This document shows, one piece after another, positions 36,501-40,615 of a DNA stretch of 40,615 nt. A program made the position numbers and the translations under genes. This DNA comes from a virus (lineage: Duplodnaviria; Caudoviricetes): positions 1-40,615 of the IMG/VR virus record IMGVR_UViG_3300035109_000021. The stretch is one strand, 5' to 3'. Every line of letters begins with the position of its first letter. Position 1 is the stretch's first letter. The notes under the pieces were generated by a model, which saw only the letters and a list, made by a program, of their open reading frames with translations, did not search any database and was not told where the DNA came from.

Positions 36501-38419
36501 GAATAAATATTTCTCGTATCGCGGACGAAATAACGATCGGTATCGATCCGAGTGATACCGCTGCCCATACATTAGCAGTTGTCGATGATGCGCTGAAAAA
36601 GGTCGTCGGTCCCACCGAAATCGTCAACTTTATGTATCAGTCCGACAACTTCAACGCATCACCGTGGGGGCAGACGCAGGTTCAGATTCTCCCGACGACT
36701 GTTCCGGCGCCTTATGGGAATGTCTTTGCGAGCAAGATAAACGAGCTTGCTGTCTACAACTTTCACAACTTGTCTCAAAACTTCTCGTCGGTAAGCGCGC
36801 GCACGGTGATCTCGTTCTCGATCTGCGTCAAGGCTGATGAGCGGACGCAGATTACGGGTTGGTGCGCTAGTCAGCATGATGCGCCTCAGAAGGTGCTTTT
36901 CGATCTCTCGAACGGGACGGCGACGCCCGATGGATCCAACCCGCCGCTCGACGTCCCGCATATTATTCCGATTGACGGAATGCCCGGCTGGTATCGATGC
37001 ATCATGATCGGCCGCGTCGTGACGGCCGGCACCTATCAAATGTTCTGGATGATCACGAATTCAGGCTCAACTGCATATACTGGCGAGGCTGGAAAGGGTC
37101 TCTACATCGCCAATGCGCAGGCGTATTTCGGCCCGTCGATAAGACCGTTCGTCTCAGCTGGTGCGCTCGCGGCGACCGCAAAAGAGACGGTCTATGCCGG
37201 CGCCGACAGTCGCAGTCTGAGCTACATCAGCGGCGTGACGACCGGCTTTGCGTTGCAAGATGATTTACGCCTATTTTACATCTGCTTCACGGATTCGCAG
37301 TCCAACGCACACGGCGGCGGCACTGACGTGCTGGTGTCGACGACAGCGACGTTCCCCGGCTATGCCTTAATGGGGTCGAACGGTCCGCACGCGGAAGGTC
37401 AGCGTTTCACGAATCTGGTCGATCTCATCGAGACCGGCCCTAATGAGACTGCCGGCTCGGCCTGGGTCAACGGCATGATATATCAAATACTCGCCGAGTG
37501 CCCGTCCCTTCCGCACTTCGGCTATTTCAACCCTGCGATCGGCGGCAAGACGATCACCGAATTGAAGCGCGGCGGCCCGTCCTATGATCACTTCATCGGC
37601 GCGCTTCAAGATATGTGCGATGCCGCCCGCCGAGCCGGCTATCGTCCGGTCGTGCTCGCGGGCGATTGGATGGGTAATGAGAGCGGCACTTATGCCGCGA
37701 TCGGCGAATGGCCGAACCAACTTAATCAGCTCTATCGGCAGATGGATGAGGATATCCGTCGCATCACGGGACAGACTGAGCGGTGGGTGCTGTTCCTGTC
37801 CTACGTCCGCACCTCGACGGGTTATCCGTTTTCGAATTCGGTCATCACCGGCAACCGCCAAGCCGCGATGATCAACCCCAACATCCGTCTTGCGATCCCG
37901 ACGCATCAATTTCCGAGCGAGGCGAGCGGCGCGACAAGCGTGCATATGACCAATATCGGTCAAAATATGCGTGGTCAGGCGCTCGCCCGCACGGTGTTTC
38001 GCGAGATGTTCGGACCGGGCTGGACCGAGTTTCGCGACGCGCGAATATGGCGCAGCGGCGCAGCGGAGATCACGGTCTACTTTCAGGTTCCGGGCGGCAA
38101 TATCGTGCTCGATACGAGCGGGGCGATCGTCCCGAACACGGGCTATCCGAGCGGTAATTATTACGGGTTCCGCTTCGCGGACGGGTCGAACTCTCCACCG
38201 ACGATCACGGGACATTCAATTGTCGGAAATGATCTCGTGCTCACGCTCTCAGGAGCTCCGTCAGGTCACGCTGGCCAGCTCGCCTACGCGAGTGAGACCG
38301 TCATAGCCAACTCCAATGTCATGGGCTGCCTGCGCAATGATGTCGCCTACCCGCGGGTCCATGGATATGCCGATGACCACGATTGGTGCGTGCCGTTTAT
38401 CACTGACTTCCCGCTGTAG
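33533..38419 (+). CDS. Giant modular tail fibre/receptor-binding protein: DUF2793, three beta repeats, SGNH hydrolase, spike-like domain, second SASA-like esterase
   Basis: TPP.SP..G..WIV..GATGAWSG; GDS(35552)/G/GGND/DGLHP(36191); DSQSN(37292)...GNES...SVH. Confidence 0.85.
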   Translation: MTDLAAQFALAFRDHATDGVGSSDPWKPKKSELRALGSSIASEIMSRYTAPVAGVQSRTLSTPPVSPSTGQKWIVPAGATGAWSGQAGKVAEWTGSAYSFTAPNAVYSAYVLDEAQLYGYDGTAWKILTGASLGFPTVAAMALVTTAAANIRAIVESDIIAKTAYRGRSSNVARLVTSTPHGLTTGAKINVRNLGASGYNADQVTVTVVDYGTFTYPNSGANESDVADTGGQADRNGTYVSNGSGGWTWNGDPLLDPAIAAQLGKAETIVADISSLAALTQYVTTTGALSTTDANWRASPMLQAAPGEVYVFSGLGNTGVSSVTFYDASSAALETHVSASNSAVYSGSFTAPASTAFVRFCYGTLGAVPSSFRGSISGAPLYLATRGQAVELIGHATSSGYLGTTGVLASSDTNWIYSGFLPVAPDDTIIFTLYGNSAVGNVCFYDADKQFISAKIGSSVAPLADVVDGAIRAPAGSAYLRISTASAAFQPTLAQTVKLLTTSAATWEALRALADRVDSGQAVELMDYATNVGYFGPTGVFTSDANWVCTSLLPTEAGDAITYKLWGHSLVGSVCFFDVTGAFLSSVVGGVVGSLLAYLFEGVAVAPATTAYVRISTASAAFHPMPTQSARLPVTVGRVWGELNAAATVSFTLAPFEAPRQLQLKPSDKILLYGDSISSADYQGYAAAMADLTGVSVYAGGFSGYTTAQLAANAQLQRIWDYDAELVIVMIGGNDTGAAGTVGTFGAISGETIVPETDIGADYAGSTLIQAIGHIIRKFKARYDNIRVRANLTGSETEAERDAKIAPLLKPVLVLATSLPQKRVDSASAYSQSENWERKRRAIVECCDRYEVHCVDLMRETSLDMSVEPYWTAPTDTVNNRGVWYMDGLHPNRYLFRKMAEIICGSLGIAGPSLTARYQGLWNASTNSPTLASGVGTRGDYYIVTTAGSTTIDGVSGWQVGDWIIFNGALWQQLRPTDTATALTFTAGSGINISRIADEITIGIDPSDTAAHTLAVVDDALKKVVGPTEIVNFMYQSDNFNASPWGQTQVQILPTTVPAPYGNVFASKINELAVYNFHNLSQNFSSVSARTVISFSICVKADERTQITGWCASQHDAPQKVLFDLSNGTATPDGSNPPLDVPHIIPIDGMPGWYRCIMIGRVVTAGTYQMFWMITNSGSTAYTGEAGKGLYIANAQAYFGPSIRPFVSAGALAATAKETVYAGADSRSLSYISGVTTGFALQDDLRLFYICFTDSQSNAHGGGTDVLVSTTATFPGYALMGSNGPHAEGQRFTNLVDLIETGPNETAGSAWVNGMIYQILAECPSLPHFGYFNPAIGGKTITELKRGGPSYDHFIGALQDMCDAARRAGYRPVVLAGDWMGNESGTYAAIGEWPNQLNQLYRQMDEDIRRITGQTERWVLFLSYVRTSTGYPFSNSVITGNRQAAMINPNIRLAIPTHQFPSEASGATSVHMTNIGQNMRGQALARTVFREMFGPGWTEFRDARIWRSGAAEITVYFQVPGGNIVLDTSGAIVPNTGYPSGNYYGFRFADGSNSPPTITGHSIVGNDLVLTLSGAPSGHAGQLAYASETVIANSNVMGCLRNDVAYPRVHGYADDHDWCVPFITDFPL

Positions 38420-38542
38420 CGGCAAGCAGGCCGCAGTCGCGGCCCACCTCGCCTTATGCGGGCGCCGAGCTGGGCCTCGGGATGGTTTGGCGCCTCGACA
38501 GAAATGGCAATCGTGCGGCCTCCGGCTGAGATCACCGGCGGC

Positions 38543-38572
38543 TTGCGGCACATCCTGTAAATCGCATAGCCT
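38543..38572 (+). promoter_or_regulatory. Candidate moron promoter for the acyltransferase
   Basis: TTGCGG-18 bp-TAGCCT in a 185-bp intergenic gap. Confidence 0.3.
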
Positions 38573-38604
38573 GCGCTGACTTCGCATTCCATCGAAAGAA
38601 GTTC

Positions 38605-39729
38605 ATGAGCGAGCCGAGCGGCGCGGCAGAGCGCCTGGAATATATCGACGCACTGCGCGGCTATGCTCTCTTGGGCGTCATCGCGGTCCATGTGAGCCAG
38701 GCTGTCATCGGCTTCACCGGCCCTCTGCAAGCGCTCGCGAGCAGCGGACGATACGGTGTCCAGCTCTTCTTCGTCGTCAGCGGATTCGCCATGATGGCGT
38801 CGTGGGAAGCCCGGCGCGACGGCGTTCGCGCGTTCTATGTTCGGAGGCTTTTCCGAATTGCGCCAATGTTTTGGCTCGCCATCGTCGCCTACCTCGGGAT
38901 CTATGGCTTGCGCCCGAGATATTGGGCGCCCGATGGCGTCTCGTGGGGCGATGTTCTGGCGACGGCGGCCTTTGTGCATGGCGCGGCCCCGCGAACGATC
39001 AATAGCGTCGTCCCGGGCGGGTGGTCGATCGCGGCGGAGATGGCCTTCTACGCCATTTTCCCGTTCGTCGCGCCTTACCTGAAATCGCTCGCCTCGGTCG
39101 CCTTGGCCCTCGCGGCGGCCGTTGGAGCATCCTTCTGGTTTCGCGCCTACGTCGGCTCCGAAGGCGGCGATTATCTATTGGAATCGTTCACCTACTTCGC
39201 ATTCCCGAGCCAACTGCCGGCTTTCTTGATTGGCGCCGCCGCCTATCGAGTATTGCAGGAGTGCGCTTTACCGAAGGCTGCGGGCGTCGCCTGCCTGGTC
39301 GGCGCCGCGTGTTGCGTTCTCGCCATGCCGCTGACGGAAGATTTCTTCGGGCGTCATATCGTCTACGCCGCGGCCTTCGGGGCTTTGGCCGTCGGGCTCG
39401 GCGGCGGCGCGGCGCCTGCAATGGTGAACAGGCCCATGGCATGGCTCGGCAAGGTCTCCTACGGCGGGTATCTCTGGCACTTCGCCATTATCGAAGTGGC
39501 GATCAAAGCAAATAATGTAATCTGCAAGCTTCGCGGCAACAGCTGCAGCGTAAAGCTCGTAGATGATAATATATCGTTTGTGCTGATGTTTTGCGCGGTC
39601 TCGGCGGCGACGGCGCTGCTCGCCTCCGTGACGTATCGCACCATCGAGCGGCCGATGATCGCCAAAGGCAGGCGGCTCGCCCAGCGGTGGCGATCCCGCG
39701 CGAATGCAGGCGTTGCTGAACTGGCGTAG
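38605..39729 (+). CDS. Acyltransferase family 3 (Oac/OafA-like membrane O-acyltransferase)
   Basis: IDALRG.A...V...H, GVQLFFVVSGF, FYVRRLFRIAP, WSIAAEMAFY, LGKVSYGGYLWH, YRTIERP; about 10 hydrophobic segments. Confidence 0.95.
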   Translation: MSEPSGAAERLEYIDALRGYALLGVIAVHVSQAVIGFTGPLQALASSGRYGVQLFFVVSGFAMMASWEARRDGVRAFYVRRLFRIAPMFWLAIVAYLGIYGLRPRYWAPDGVSWGDVLATAAFVHGAAPRTINSVVPGGWSIAAEMAFYAIFPFVAPYLKSLASVALALAAAVGASFWFRAYVGSEGGDYLLESFTYFAFPSQLPAFLIGAAAYRVLQECALPKAAGVACLVGAACCVLAMPLTEDFFGRHIVYAAAFGALAVGLGGGAAPAMVNRPMAWLGKVSYGGYLWHFAIIEVAIKANNVICKLRGNSCSVKLVDDNISFVLMFCAVSAATALLASVTYRTIERPMIAKGRRLAQRWRSRANAGVAELA

Positions 39730-39872
39730 GTCCGTCATCTCGTCCGCATCGCCGGTAATCGCAGCGCCCGGCTAATCTGCGCGAGACAAGAGTTTTAACA
39801 TTCGGCATTGCGCCCGCCATCCGCGCGGACGCCTTCGCGCGCGCCTATGCGCGCTCTTCCCAGAGGTGAAAC

Positions 39873-40397
39873 ATGACTGCGTTACAGGACGCCGCGCCCG
39901 CGGCGAATACGATCGCTTTGCCGAAATGGATCGGCGTCGCGCGCTCCTATATCGGGACGCATGAAGGCGTCGGAGCCAAGGACAATCCGAAGGTCGTCGA
40001 GCTCTATGCGCTCGCCGGCCATCCCGAGGTCAAGCATGACGCAGTGCCGTGGTGCGCGGCCTTCGTCGGCGCCTGCCTGCGCAAAGCCGGCTATCCGTCG
40101 AGCGGCACGCTCTGGGCGCTCGATTACGCCGCCTATGGCGACAGACTCGTCAGCCCCGTCGTCGGCGCCATCGCCACAAAGACGCGCGACGGCGGCGGCC
40201 ATACGTTCTTCGTCGTCGATTTCGACGCGACGACCGTATGGGGCCTCGGCGGCAATCAAAGCGATGCGGTGAGCATCGTGCCGTTCCGCCGCTCGATCAT
40301 CCATTCGCTGTCTTGGCCGCATGGCGTCCCGCTGCCGAAGGCGCCGCATGACGGCGCATTCCGCGTCGGCGCCGTCAAGGCCGGAAGCGAGGCATGA
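39873..40397 (+). CDS. TIGR02594-family NlpC/P60-like peptidoglycan hydrolase (probable endolysin)
   Basis: W...A...IG..E..G...NP, D.VPWCAAFVG, GGH.FF, LGGNQSD.V. Confidence 0.9.
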   Translation: MTALQDAAPAANTIALPKWIGVARSYIGTHEGVGAKDNPKVVELYALAGHPEVKHDAVPWCAAFVGACLRKAGYPSSGTLWALDYAAYGDRLVSPVVGAIATKTRDGGGHTFFVVDFDATTVWGLGGNQSDAVSIVPFRRSIIHSLSWPHGVPLPKAPHDGAFRVGAVKAGSEA

Positions 40398-40543
40398 AAG
40401 GGGCCGCGCCCATGTCCCCCATCAATTGGAAACGCGTCACGATCGTCGTCGCGGCCGTCGTCGTCGCGTCGATCGCTGCGCCGCTGTTGTTCTACATCGG
40501 CGGCGTCGCATGGCTGGCGGCGACCGGACAATCCTTCGAATAG
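40394..40543 (+). CDS. Small membrane protein in the lysis region
   Basis: ATGA overlap; KRVTIVVAAVVVASIAAPLLFYIGGVAWL hydrophobic stretch. Confidence 0.55.
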   Translation: MKGAAPMSPINWKRVTIVVAAVVVASIAAPLLFYIGGVAWLAATGQSFE

Positions 40544-40574
40544 CTGCCTTCGAATAGCCTGCCTTCGAATAGCC
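40533..40574 (+). repeat. Three tandem CCTTCGAATAGC units (14-15 bp period)
   Basis: ccttcgaatagctg ccttcgaatagcctg ccttcgaatagccc. Confidence 0.8.
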
Positions 40575-40615
40575 CGCCTCGGGCTTCGAATTCGCGGCGT
40601 CCCGGCCGAGCGCCC

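Larger units (their letters stand above)
46..40615. mobile_element. Temperate HK97-like siphovirus prophage (right end/attR outside the window)
   Basis: Canonical order of integrase, immunity, replication, packaging, head, tail and lysis genes starting right after a tRNA. Confidence 0.95.

Noticed and set aside
33533-38604. Diversity-generating retroelement or invertible tail cassette
   Set aside because: No reverse transcriptase or invertase, and no near-identical TR/VR pair or inverted repeats seen
40533-40592. Possible CRISPR array
   Set aside because: Repeats are 12 bp with no spacers and there are no cas genes

Overview
The window is almost all one temperate, long-tailed (HK97-type head, siphovirus-like) prophage from a high-GC alphaproteobacterium (Hyphomicrobiales-like; the host is inferred). 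It is integrated at the 3' end of tRNA-Trp(CCA). In order it carries: tRNA/attL; tyrosine integrase and excisionase; a leftward early operon (DUF1643, Gp37/Gp68 radical-SAM-like, long ParB); an immunity region with two exported-protein morons, a short repressor, Cro and five palindromic operators; a rightward early/replication block (CII-like, GapR/DUF2312, HD hydrolase, MT-A70 methylase, initiator with iterons, NusG-like antiterminator); HNH, cos, terminase, portal, protease and capsid; head-tail and tail genes with a -1 frameshift; a 1628-aa modular tail fibre with two putative acetyl-esterase domains; an acyltransferase-3 moron; and a TIGR02594 lysin-like gene. attR lies beyond the window. 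The most striking points are the adjacent tail-esterase and O-acyltransferase pair, a structured non-coding leader behind the NusG paralogue, a BssS-like antisense gene, a MerR-type HTH fused into the head-tail module, and a ParB with a primase-type winged-helix tail. All family calls come from recalled motifs, not database searches.
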